A DNA stretch of 32,000 nucleotides, from assembly GCF_000383295.1 (NCBI RefSeq), contig NZ_KB911066.1, positions 546,836 to 578,835 of the forward strand, given 5' to 3'. The notes beneath the pieces are model-generated. The model had not been told where the DNA came from, searched no databases, and was given only the letters and a program-made list of their open reading frames with translations. Positions 1-7,851 of this stretch are shown in pieces. The position numbers and the translations under genes were made by a program. The stretch's first letter is position 1, and every line of letters begins with the position of its first letter. The DNA is from Faecalispora sporosphaeroides DSM 1294 (GTDB lineage Bacteria > Bacillota > Clostridia > Oscillospirales > Acutalibacteraceae).

Positions 1-905
1 GCCGACCGATTCTCATCGGCGACAACCGTATTTTTGAAAACGCGCTCCGCATGGTAAACGCGGCCGCGCCCCATTACACCATCTCCGAAACTTCAGAGGC
101 CGACTGGAGCAAAGGAATCCCTGTTCTGGACCAAAAAGATCAGGATCCCGCCGAGATTGAAATCGGCAAAATCAACGCGGACTGCGGCAAAGCCGTGAAC
201 CGAATGATCCGGCTGGCATGCCGGCTGTGCCAGGAGGGTGCAATTGAGGGCTTTGTCTTCGCGCCCTTCAATAAGTCCGCCATGATCGAAGGGGGCTGCT
301 CCTTTGAAAGCGAGCACCACCTGATGGCTAATATTTTCGGAGTGACCGGGCCCTTTGGCGAGATCAACGTTTTGGGCGACCTGATGACCACCCGTACAAC
401 AAGTCACATTCCCATCAGCGCGGTCAGTGAAAGCCTGTCGGTAGAACGAATCCTTCGGGCCATTTTGCTCTCTTACCAAACGGTAAAGAACACCGGCGTG
501 GAGCACCCCGTTTTGGGCGTTGCCGCACTCAATCCCCACTGCGGCGAAAACGGGCGCTGCGGCCGGGAAGAACTGGACATCATCGGCCCCGCAATTGAAA
601 AAGCCCGCGAAATGGGGATGGATGCGCAGGGCCCCTTCTCCGCCGACATCCTGTTTATCAAGGCGTTCCGCGGGGATTTTCACAGCGTTGTCACCATGTA
701 CCACGATCAGGGACAAATCGCGTTAAAGCTGAAGGGCTTCGACCAGGGCATCACCGTTGCGGGCGGGCAGCCCTACCCCATTGTTACCTGCGCGCACGGA
801 ACCGCCTATGACATTGCCGGAAAAGGCGTGGTGCATACCTCCGCTTTTGAAAACGCGGTAAAAATGGCCGCCAAAATGGCGGTGCACAAGTACGCAAATT
901 CCTGA
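1..905 (+). CDS. PdxA-family NAD-dependent phospho-hydroxyacid dehydrogenase (PdxA2-like), 5' end truncated by the window edge
   Basis: The frame of ORF 51..905 stays open back to nt 3 (RPILIGDNRIFENALR precedes the first Met). Motifs LNPHCGENG, TMYHDQGQIALK and CAHGTAYDIAGKG are typical of PdxA/PdxA2. Confidence 0.85.
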   Translation, partial: RPILIGDNRIFENALRMVNAAAPHYTISETSEADWSKGIPVLDQKDQDPAEIEIGKINADCGKAVNRMIRLACRLCQEGAIEGFVFAPFNKSAMIEGGCSFESEHHLMANIFGVTGPFGEINVLGDLMTTRTTSHIPISAVSESLSVERILRAILLSYQTVKNTGVEHPVLGVAALNPHCGENGRCGREELDIIGPAIEKAREMGMDAQGPFSADILFIKAFRGDFHSVVTMYHDQGQIALKLKGFDQGITVAGGQPYPIVTCAHGTAYDIAGKGVVHTSAFENAVKMAAKMAVHKYANS

Positions 906-1035
906 CGGAAACAAGCAGACAGAAGGACCTTGGGGATGCGCGGGGCCGCCGGAAATGGAAGGCCGCACCGCGGGGATTCCCGGGGTATGGGGAGGATTCC
1001 CAAGGCCCTTCTCTGCCGCAAGGAGGATCAAAACG

Positions 1036-1902
1036 ATGAAGCTATGTTATCAGGTGGCAACACCGGATGTTGCGGTCGCACCGTCCGTTACGGCCTTTCA
1101 GGGAGATTTGGAGCACACCTTTTCCCGTCTGGCAGCCATTGGGTACGACGGCGCAGAGCTTATGACGCTGAATCCCGCCGAATTGGATTGGAACCGCGTC
1201 AAGCATACCGCCGAGCGTTACGGGCTCGCGATTCCGCTGGTCTGCACCGGAGAAATTTTCGGTCAGCTGGGTCTCTCTTTTTCCCACCGTGACGAAAGCA
1301 TTCGCCGGGCCGCGGTGGACCGCGTAAAAGAAATCATTGCATTCGCCGGTTTTTTGGGGGCGAACGTAAATATCGGCCGGGTACGGGGCCAGTATTCCGA
1401 CGACATCCCCAAAGAGCAAAGCTACCGCTGGGCCGTCGCCGCTTTGCGGGAGATCAGCACCAGCGCGGAAAAAGAGAATGTGAAAATCGCGCTCGAAACC
1501 GTCACCCTGATGCAGACGAATTTTATCAATACCCTTGAAGAGGCGGTGCAGCTGATTCAAGATGTGAACCACCCCAGCTTTGGCCTGATGATGGATGTCT
1601 TTCACTTGAATCTGGAGGAGAAGAACATCTACGACGCCATCTGGACATACCGGAAATACAATCTGCACGTTCATTTGGCAGACAACAACCGGCGCTACCC
1701 CGGGCACTGCGGGCTGGACTTTTTGAAAATCATACAGTGCTTTCGCAACGCAGGGTATGACGGCGCTTTCAGCACCGAAATTTTTCAAATTCCCGACCAG
1801 GAAAGAGCCGCGCAGGGCGCTATGACCCATTTGGGACCGATTTTGAAAAAGGTGTACGGGCGTCCCTGTTCCCCCGCTGCATTGGAGGTGGATCTCTCTT
1901 GA
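1036..1902 (+). CDS. Sugar-phosphate isomerase/epimerase, xylose-isomerase-like TIM barrel
   Basis: Internal Met of ORF 955..1902 (MKLCYQVATPD) lies 9 nt downstream of AGGAGG (1021-1026). Family-like pattern of TIM-barrel segments (GYDGAEL, ALETV, HVHLADNNR, DGAFSTE). Confidence 0.8.
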   Translation: MKLCYQVATPDVAVAPSVTAFQGDLEHTFSRLAAIGYDGAELMTLNPAELDWNRVKHTAERYGLAIPLVCTGEIFGQLGLSFSHRDESIRRAAVDRVKEIIAFAGFLGANVNIGRVRGQYSDDIPKEQSYRWAVAALREISTSAEKENVKIALETVTLMQTNFINTLEEAVQLIQDVNHPSFGLMMDVFHLNLEEKNIYDAIWTYRKYNLHVHLADNNRRYPGHCGLDFLKIIQCFRNAGYDGAFSTEIFQIPDQERAAQGAMTHLGPILKKVYGRPCSPAALEVDLS

Positions 1903-2561
1903 AACGAATCGCTTTGCTGCACACCGTCCCCAGTGTTTTTCTTTCTTTCGAGAAACGCATCCGCACCGCTTTGCCGGGCGAGGAGCTGAACATCCACAAT
2001 ACGCTGGACGACTTTTTGGCTTCGGACGCGAATGTGCGGGGCTTTACCCAAAACAACCGCAACAGGCTGTTTTTTCTGCTAAAAGCGATCGAGCTGGAAG
2101 AGCCGGACGTGATTACCGTTACCTGCTCGACGCTCACCCCCGAAGTCGCGCGCATTCGGCCCTTTCTTTCGGTGCCGTTGATCGCAATAGACGACGCCAT
2201 GGCGAAGAAGGCCGTTGCCCTGGGCAGTAAAATCACAGTGATGGCCACGGCGCAAAGCACCGTGGAACCCACCTGCCAAAAGCTTTTGGAGGAGGCCGCC
2301 AAAATCGGCGGAAAGGTAGAGCTTTCTCCCATGGTGTGCCACGACGCGTACGAAGCCATCAAGCGCATGGATCAGCCGGCTCACGACGCGGTTTTGCGCA
2401 AGGCGGCCGGGGGAATCCACGACCAGGATGTCGTTGTGCTGGCACAGGCCTCTATGGCGCATATGGAAAACGAGCTTGCCGCTATTTGCGGGGTCCCGGT
2501 TTTATCCAGCCCCGCGCTTTGTGTGGAGCAGATTGTTCACACCCTTTATCCGGCGCGATAA
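1899..2561 (+). CDS. Asp/Glu/hydantoin-racemase superfamily protein, function unknown
   Basis: ORF 1899..2561 has a TTG start overlapping the upstream stop (TTGA). About 220 aa with alternating beta-alpha pattern, a VTCSTLTP motif around Cys76 and a C-terminal VPVLSSP segment, as in the racemase / maleate isomerase fold. Confidence 0.55.
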   Translation: MKRIALLHTVPSVFLSFEKRIRTALPGEELNIHNTLDDFLASDANVRGFTQNNRNRLFFLLKAIELEEPDVITVTCSTLTPEVARIRPFLSVPLIAIDDAMAKKAVALGSKITVMATAQSTVEPTCQKLLEEAAKIGGKVELSPMVCHDAYEAIKRMDQPAHDAVLRKAAGGIHDQDVVVLAQASMAHMENELAAICGVPVLSSPALCVEQIVHTLYPAR

Positions 2562-2621
2562 ACGTTGCAATCATCAACCAATGCAAAAGCTCCCTGCCTT
2601 TGCGGAATGGAGGATTCATTT

Positions 2622-3464
2622 ATGAGCATCAGCGAAACGCGGCTGGCAGAGCTGAACACCTTCTGCCGCCGTCTGCGCAGCGAACTGATCGACACGCTGC
2701 ACAGCGTGCAGACCGGTCACCCGGGAGGGTCTCTCTCCTGCTGCGAGATTTTAGTCACTTTATACTTTCACCATCTGCGGGTCGACCCCCGAAACCCGCA
2801 GATGGAAGACAGGGACCGCTTTGTCCTGTCCAAAGGGCACGCGGCCCCCATGCTGTACCTTTGCCTGGCCCATAAGGGATTTTTTCCCCTTGTCGATCTC
2901 AAAACTCTGCGCCAAACGGGCAGCCATTTGCAGGGCCACCCCTGCGCGCATAAAACCCCGGGGGTAGAGCTTTCCACCGGCCCGTTGGGTTTGGGGCTTT
3001 CCGCTTCGGTGGGCATGGCGGAGTCCGCCCGCCTGAACCGGCTGGATTACCAGGTGTACACACTTTTGGGCGACGGTGAAATTCAGGAGGGCATTATCTG
3101 GGAGGCCGCCATGACCGCCGCCAAGCTGAAAACCCCGAATCTCGTCGCCATTCTGGATCACAACGGCGTTCAGCTGGACGGCACCAACGAAGAGATTATG
3201 CCCATGGGGGATATCGGCGCCAAATTTGCCTCTTTCGGCTGGCATGTCCTTTCCGCCGACGGACACGACATCGTGTCGCTTTCCAACGCTTTGGAGCAAG
3301 CCAAAGCCTACACCGAAGGCCCCGTCGTCATCCTCGCCAAAACGGTTAAGGGAAAGGGCGTCTCATTTATGGAGGGCAAAAACACCTGGCACGGCAGGCC
3401 GATTTCGGACACAGAATACGAAAGCATACAAAAGGAATGGAAGGGAGCTGGTAACCATGGGTAA
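2622..3464 (+). CDS. Transketolase, N-terminal (thiamine-diphosphate-binding) subunit
   Basis: Met at 2622 (MSISETRL) follows GGAGG (2608-2612). Motifs GHPGGSLS, SKGHAAP, GPLGLGLS and GDGEIQEG...ILDHNG. Confidence 0.9.
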   Translation: MSISETRLAELNTFCRRLRSELIDTLHSVQTGHPGGSLSCCEILVTLYFHHLRVDPRNPQMEDRDRFVLSKGHAAPMLYLCLAHKGFFPLVDLKTLRQTGSHLQGHPCAHKTPGVELSTGPLGLGLSASVGMAESARLNRLDYQVYTLLGDGEIQEGIIWEAAMTAAKLKTPNLVAILDHNGVQLDGTNEEIMPMGDIGAKFASFGWHVLSADGHDIVSLSNALEQAKAYTEGPVVILAKTVKGKGVSFMEGKNTWHGRPISDTEYESIQKEWKGAGNHG

Positions 3465-4398
3465 TCTGGTCGCCATTCGCGATGCTTACGGGAATGCGCT
3501 GGCCCGTCTGGGCGAGGCAAACCCGAAGGTAGTCGTGCTGGAAACCGACGTCGGCTCCTCCACCAAAAGCGCGGTGTTCGGCAGCAAATACCCGGAGCGT
3601 TATTTCAACATTGGCATCTCCGAGCTGGATATGAACGCCATGGCGGCCGGATTTGCCTCCTGCGGGCTGATCCCGTTCACCAATACCTTTGCCGTTTTTA
3701 TGACCCTGCGGGGCGGCGACCCGATCAACAGCCTGATCTGCTACGACAGCCTGAACGTAAAGCTGGCGGGCGCCTACAGCGGCCTTTCCGATTCCTACGA
3801 CGGTGCCAGCCACCACTCCACCGGCGACCTTTCGGTATTGCGCGCCTTACCGAACCTGACCATTCTTTCTGTGTGCGACCCGGTCGAAACGGAAAAAGCC
3901 GTATTTGCCGCCGCCGCCCACCCGGGCCCGGTATACCTGCGGCTAAGCCGCGCGGCGGTTCCCGCCATCTTTGACGAAAGCTACCCGTTTGAAATCGGCA
4001 AGGGCGTGGTTTTGCGGGACGGAAACGACGTCACCATTTTTGCAACCGGGTACCCGGTTCACAAAGCGCTGGAAGCGGCCGAACTGTTGGAAAAAGACGG
4101 CATTCACGCCCGCGTGGTAAACCTGCACACGGTCAAGCCTCTGGACGAAGAGCTGGTAGTCCGCTGCGCGGCGGAGACCGGGGCGGTCGTCACCGCCGAG
4201 GAACACAGCATTTATGGCGGCCTGGGCGGCGCGGTTGCAGAGGTGCTGGCGCGCGAGCGCCCCACCCCGATGGAATTTGTGGGCACTTCCACTTACACCG
4301 AAAGCGGCGATTATGAAGAGCTGCTTGCGAAATATGGACTGAACGGCCCCGCGATTTACCGCAAGGCCAAACAGGTGTTAGCGCGCAAAAAGAAATGA
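3457..4398 (+). CDS. Transketolase, C-terminal (pyrimidine-binding plus C-terminal domain) subunit
   Basis: Met at 3457 (MGNLVAIRDAYG) overlaps the upstream gene by 8 nt. Motifs ERYFNIGISELDM, GASHHSTGDL and TAEEHSIYGGLG. The ORF-track start at 3226 is an out-of-context extension. Confidence 0.9.
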   Translation: MGNLVAIRDAYGNALARLGEANPKVVVLETDVGSSTKSAVFGSKYPERYFNIGISELDMNAMAAGFASCGLIPFTNTFAVFMTLRGGDPINSLICYDSLNVKLAGAYSGLSDSYDGASHHSTGDLSVLRALPNLTILSVCDPVETEKAVFAAAAHPGPVYLRLSRAAVPAIFDESYPFEIGKGVVLRDGNDVTIFATGYPVHKALEAAELLEKDGIHARVVNLHTVKPLDEELVVRCAAETGAVVTAEEHSIYGGLGGAVAEVLARERPTPMEFVGTSTYTESGDYEELLAKYGLNGPAIYRKAKQVLARKKK

Positions 4399-4478
4399 TT
4401 TTTGCTTTCGCATCCCATCACAAAGCAGAGGGTTCTCATTCACAATACAAAGTGATCTATGAAAAGGAGTGGAAACGC

Positions 4479-5381
4479 ATGAAAGATTCTATTCACAAGT
4501 ATTTTCAGGTCGGCACCATCCATTGGATGTCCTTTCCGCCCGCACGGTATGATTCGCTCGAGTCGCTTCAGCTGATTGCACGGGACGATTTTTATGATGC
4601 AATCGAGATTTCACAAATCAAAGACGACGCCCTGCGCAAGGCGACGAAAGATATTTTGGAGCAATCTCATTTAAAAGTGTGCTACGGCGCGCAGCCCCGG
4701 CTGCTGGGGCCAAAGCTGAACCCCAACGCCCTTGCCGAAGAAGATCGTGTTTTGGCGGAGCAAACGCTGCTGGAAGCTTTGGACGAAGCGGAATATCTGG
4801 GTGCGAAGGGCATTGCCTTTTTGGCCGGAAAATGGGAAGCGGCCAAAAAGGAGCAGGCGTATTCTCAACTGATAAAAACCACCCGCAATGTGTGCAAACG
4901 GGCGGCCGAGAAGGGTATGTTCGTAGAGCTGGAGGTTTTTGACTACGATATGGATAAGGCTGCGCTCATCGGCCCGGCTCCTTATGCGGCAAAGTTTGCC
5001 GCCGATGTGCGCTCCTGCTGCAGCAATTTCGGCCTGATGGTAGACCTTTCGCACTTCCCCACGACGTATGAAACCAGCAAATTTGTCATTCAGACCCTGC
5101 GGCCTTACATCACCCACCTGCACATAGGCAACGCCGTGGTGAAAGAGGGCTTTGACGCATACGGCGACATGCACCCGCGCTTTGGGTACCCAAACAGCGC
5201 CAATGATACCGAGCAGCTTCTGGACTTTTTTACCGTGCTGAAACAGGAAGGCTTTTTCAATGCGCAGAATCCTCTGGTGCTTTCCTCAGAGGTTTCCCCC
5301 CGCCCTCACGAGGACGCCCACATCGTTTTGGCCAATACCAAGCGGGTCATCAACCGTGCATGGGCATTGCTGGAGGAGTAA
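4479..5381 (+). CDS. Sugar-phosphate isomerase/epimerase-like TIM-barrel protein
   Basis: Met at 4479 (MKDSIHKYFQVG) follows AAGGAG (4464-4469). Segments LGAKGIAFLAG, VELEVFD, VDLSHF and HLHIGN resemble the AP-endonuclease-2 / xylose-isomerase fold. Confidence 0.7.
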   Translation: MKDSIHKYFQVGTIHWMSFPPARYDSLESLQLIARDDFYDAIEISQIKDDALRKATKDILEQSHLKVCYGAQPRLLGPKLNPNALAEEDRVLAEQTLLEALDEAEYLGAKGIAFLAGKWEAAKKEQAYSQLIKTTRNVCKRAAEKGMFVELEVFDYDMDKAALIGPAPYAAKFAADVRSCCSNFGLMVDLSHFPTTYETSKFVIQTLRPYITHLHIGNAVVKEGFDAYGDMHPRFGYPNSANDTEQLLDFFTVLKQEGFFNAQNPLVLSSEVSPRPHEDAHIVLANTKRVINRAWALLEE

Positions 5382-5420
5382 GTACCGTTTTTTAATCAAA
5401 TTCAGAACGGAGGTCTTGTC

Positions 5421-6377
5421 ATGAAAATCGTCATTTTAGACGGTTATACCGAAAACCCCGGCGATTTGAGCTGGGATGGCTTTGCGGCATTGGGTGAGCT
5501 GACGGTATACGACCGCACCCCTGCCGACCAGATTCTTTCGCGCATTGGCGACGCGGAAATCGTGATTACAAATAAAACCCCGCTCACCCGTGAAACATTT
5601 GCCGCCTGCCCCGGCATGCGCTATGTGGGAGTGCTGGCTACCGGCTATAACGTGGTGGACATAGAGGCCGCGAAAGAAAAGGGAATTCCGGTCACCAACA
5701 TTCCAACTTACGGCACCACCGCCGTTGCGCAGATGGTGTTCGCTCTGCTGCTTGAAATCTGCCACCATGTCGGTGATCATTCCGAGGCCGTTCACCGCGG
5801 AGAATGGACCAGCTGCCCCGATTTTTGCTTTTGGAATACCCCGCTGATAGAACTGGCGGGCAAAACCATGGGTATAATCGGCTTTGGGCGAATCGGGCAA
5901 AACACGGCGCAGATCGCCCGTGCCTTTGGCCTGCGGGTATTGGCCTATGACGAATACCCAAACGACGCTGCCCGCGCCCTGGGCGACTATGTCACGCTCG
6001 ACGAGCTGCTGGCGCAATCGGATATCGTCTCCCTGCACTGCCCTCTGTTCCCGTCCACAGAGGGGATCATCAACAAAGACAGCATTGCGAAAATGAAGGA
6101 CGGGGTCATCCTGATCAACACTTCCCGCGGCCCGCTGGTAGAACAGGCCGATTTGGCACAGGCACTGAATTCCGGCAAGGTGTATGCCGCCGGGCTGGAC
6201 GTAGTAGCCACAGAGCCGATTCGGGCAGACAACCCGCTGCTCAGCGCCAAAAACTGCATCATCACTCCCCACATTGCCTGGGCGCCCAAAGAGAGCCGCG
6301 CCCGCCTGATGGAGATTGCGGTGAACAACCTGAAGGCGTTTTTGGAGCAGAAACCGGTGAACGTGGTAAACGCATAA
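5421..6377 (+). CDS. D-isomer-specific 2-hydroxyacid dehydrogenase (glycerate dehydrogenase / hydroxypyruvate reductase-like)
   Basis: ORF 5421..6377 with a GGAGG-like RBS upstream. Rossmann motif GIIGFGRIGQ, plus INTSRGPLV, GLDVVATEP and ITPHIAW. Confidence 0.85.
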   Translation: MKIVILDGYTENPGDLSWDGFAALGELTVYDRTPADQILSRIGDAEIVITNKTPLTRETFAACPGMRYVGVLATGYNVVDIEAAKEKGIPVTNIPTYGTTAVAQMVFALLLEICHHVGDHSEAVHRGEWTSCPDFCFWNTPLIELAGKTMGIIGFGRIGQNTAQIARAFGLRVLAYDEYPNDAARALGDYVTLDELLAQSDIVSLHCPLFPSTEGIINKDSIAKMKDGVILINTSRGPLVEQADLAQALNSGKVYAAGLDVVATEPIRADNPLLSAKNCIITPHIAWAPKESRARLMEIAVNNLKAFLEQKPVNVVNA

Positions 6378-6395
6378 TCCCTACTCATATTTCAT

Positions 6396-6433
6396 AGAAG
6401 CACAGCGGCGGGATTCCCTGCCGCTGTGCTTCT
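6396..6433 (+). other. Perfect 14-bp stem hairpin between the dehydrogenase and glycerate kinase genes
   Basis: AGAAGCACAGCGGC (6396-6409), loop gggattccct, GCCGCTGTGCTTCT (6420-6433). It is followed by AAAAAGG, so there is no U-tract. Confidence 0.6.
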
Positions 6434-6444
6434 AAAAAGGACGG

Positions 6445-7587
6445 ATGATCATGAAGAAATTCCTATTGATTCCCGATTCTTTCAAGGGCACCATGAGTTC
6501 CGCGGAAATCTGTTCCCTGATGAAAGAAAAAATTCAGGAATATTACCCCGCCGCGGAAGTTCATTCGATTCCGGTCGCCGACGGCGGCGAAGGAAGCGTG
6601 GACTGCTTTTTGCAGGCTCTGGGCGGTGAAAAAGTGTTTGTAACAACACAAAATCCCTTTTTTGAACCGGTCGACAGCTATTACGGTTTGATCGACGACG
6701 GCCGCACGGCTGTAATCGAAATGGCGGCCAGCGCCGGGCTCCCCCTCGTCGAGGACCGCAGGAACCCGATGAAAGCCTCGACCTTCGGGGTGGGGGAATT
6801 GATCCTGCACGCGGCCCGAAAGGGCGTATCCAAAATCGTCATGGGGCTTGGGGGCAGCTGTACCAACGACGGCGGCTGCGGCGCCGCCTGCGCGGTGGGC
6901 GTCCGCTTTCTGGATGAAGCCGGTAACAGCTTTGTTCCAACAGGAGACACCTTACACCGCATTCGGCGGCTGGATCTTTCCCAAACAGAACCGATGATAA
7001 AAGACATTGAATTTGTCACGATGTGCGACATCGACAACCCGATGTACGGCCCCACCGGCGCGGCGGCCGTATTCGGCCCCCAAAAGGGCGCAACGCCGGA
7101 AGAGGTTGCGCTGCTGGACGCAGGCGTACAGCACCTGAGCCAAATCATTCGGCAGGCCATGGGGCTTGATCTGGCGTTTGTTCCGGGAACGGGAGCCGCC
7201 GGAGCCATGGGCGCCGGCATGGCGGCGTTCTTCCATTCCCGGCTGCAAATGGGAATTCAGACCATACTCGACACGGTACAGTTTGAAAAACTCGCCGCAG
7301 GGGCCGATATGATTTTTACCGGCGAAGGCAAGCTGGACAGCCAGAGCCTGCGCGGCAAGGTCGTTATCGGCGTCGCCCGCAGGGCCAAAGCGCTTGGGGT
7401 ACCTGTCACCGCTTTGGTCGGCGACATCGGCGACGATATAGAGGCCGCTTACGACGAAGGCGTCAGCGCTGTTTTCAGCATTAACCGGGTCGCCGTGGAT
7501 TTTTCGGTGGCCAGACTGCGTTCACGGCAGGATTTGTCTCTGACGATAGACAACTTAATGCGGTTTTACCGGGCGATGAAGCTATAA
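6445..7587 (+). CDS. glxK: Glycerate kinase (GlxK/GarK family)
   Basis: ORF 6445..7587; the start could equally be 6451 (MKKF). Motifs IPDSFKGTMS, PVADGGEGS and FTGEGKLDSQSLRGKV. Confidence 0.9.
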   Translation: MIMKKFLLIPDSFKGTMSSAEICSLMKEKIQEYYPAAEVHSIPVADGGEGSVDCFLQALGGEKVFVTTQNPFFEPVDSYYGLIDDGRTAVIEMAASAGLPLVEDRRNPMKASTFGVGELILHAARKGVSKIVMGLGGSCTNDGGCGAACAVGVRFLDEAGNSFVPTGDTLHRIRRLDLSQTEPMIKDIEFVTMCDIDNPMYGPTGAAAVFGPQKGATPEEVALLDAGVQHLSQIIRQAMGLDLAFVPGTGAAGAMGAGMAAFFHSRLQMGIQTILDTVQFEKLAAGADMIFTGEGKLDSQSLRGKVVIGVARRAKALGVPVTALVGDIGDDIEAAYDEGVSAVFSINRVAVDFSVARLRSRQDLSLTIDNLMRFYRAMKL

Positions 7588-7801
7588 GGCTCAGGGAAAA
7601 ACTCCCATTTTACCGCTTTTCATGGATGCGCTGTTTGCCGCAGAGGGAGCTGATTTTCTCATTCCCGCCGCTGCGGAAACCGGCGAGACGCATGAAAACA
7701 ACCCAGCGCGGCGCCAAAAGCATTCGTTTAATGTTTTGGAATCCCGTTTGCACCCTCTTTTGCATAAGTCTCAAGAATGTTGTCAACATCCTACAAAAGA
7801 T

Positions 7802-7846
7802 GAAAGGATACCGTCCTTTGCGGGCAGTATCCTTTCCGTTTTATTT
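7802..7846. terminator. Bidirectional rho-independent terminator between convergent genes
   Basis: Perfect 10-bp stem GAAAGGATAC (7802-7811) / GTATCCTTTC (7827-7836). T-rich tracts lie on both sides: CGTTTTATTT on + and TCTTTTGT on -. Confidence 0.75.
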
Positions 7847-7851
7847 CTGGA

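Noticed and set aside
955-1035. N-terminal extensions proposed by the ORF track: 955, 2565, 3226, 4395, 16843, 17802, 19657 and 20823 on +; 11397, 12506, 13664, 27718, 28213 and 31694 on -
   Set aside because: In each case an internal Met sits 5-10 nt downstream of a GGAGG-like RBS and begins the recognisable family N-terminus. The extensions overlap upstream genes or spacers and look non-protein-like.
4044-4059. 16-bp perfect palindrome AACCGGGTACCCGGTT, which shares AACCGG/CCGGTT with the LacI-type operator
   Set aside because: It lies in the middle of the transketolase C-subunit coding sequence (ATGYPVH). A 16-bp perfect palindrome is expected about 0.5 times by chance in 32 kb. It has no central CG dyad like the operator sites.
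7588-7851. A 264-bp gap with ORFs 7622-7855 and 7626-7877 (+) and a 27-aa minus-strand reading frame. Considered as a possible gene remnant or small protein.
   Set aside because: No RBS, no recognisable motif, and both + ORFs run through the terminator hairpin. I cannot support a gene or pseudogene from sequence alone.
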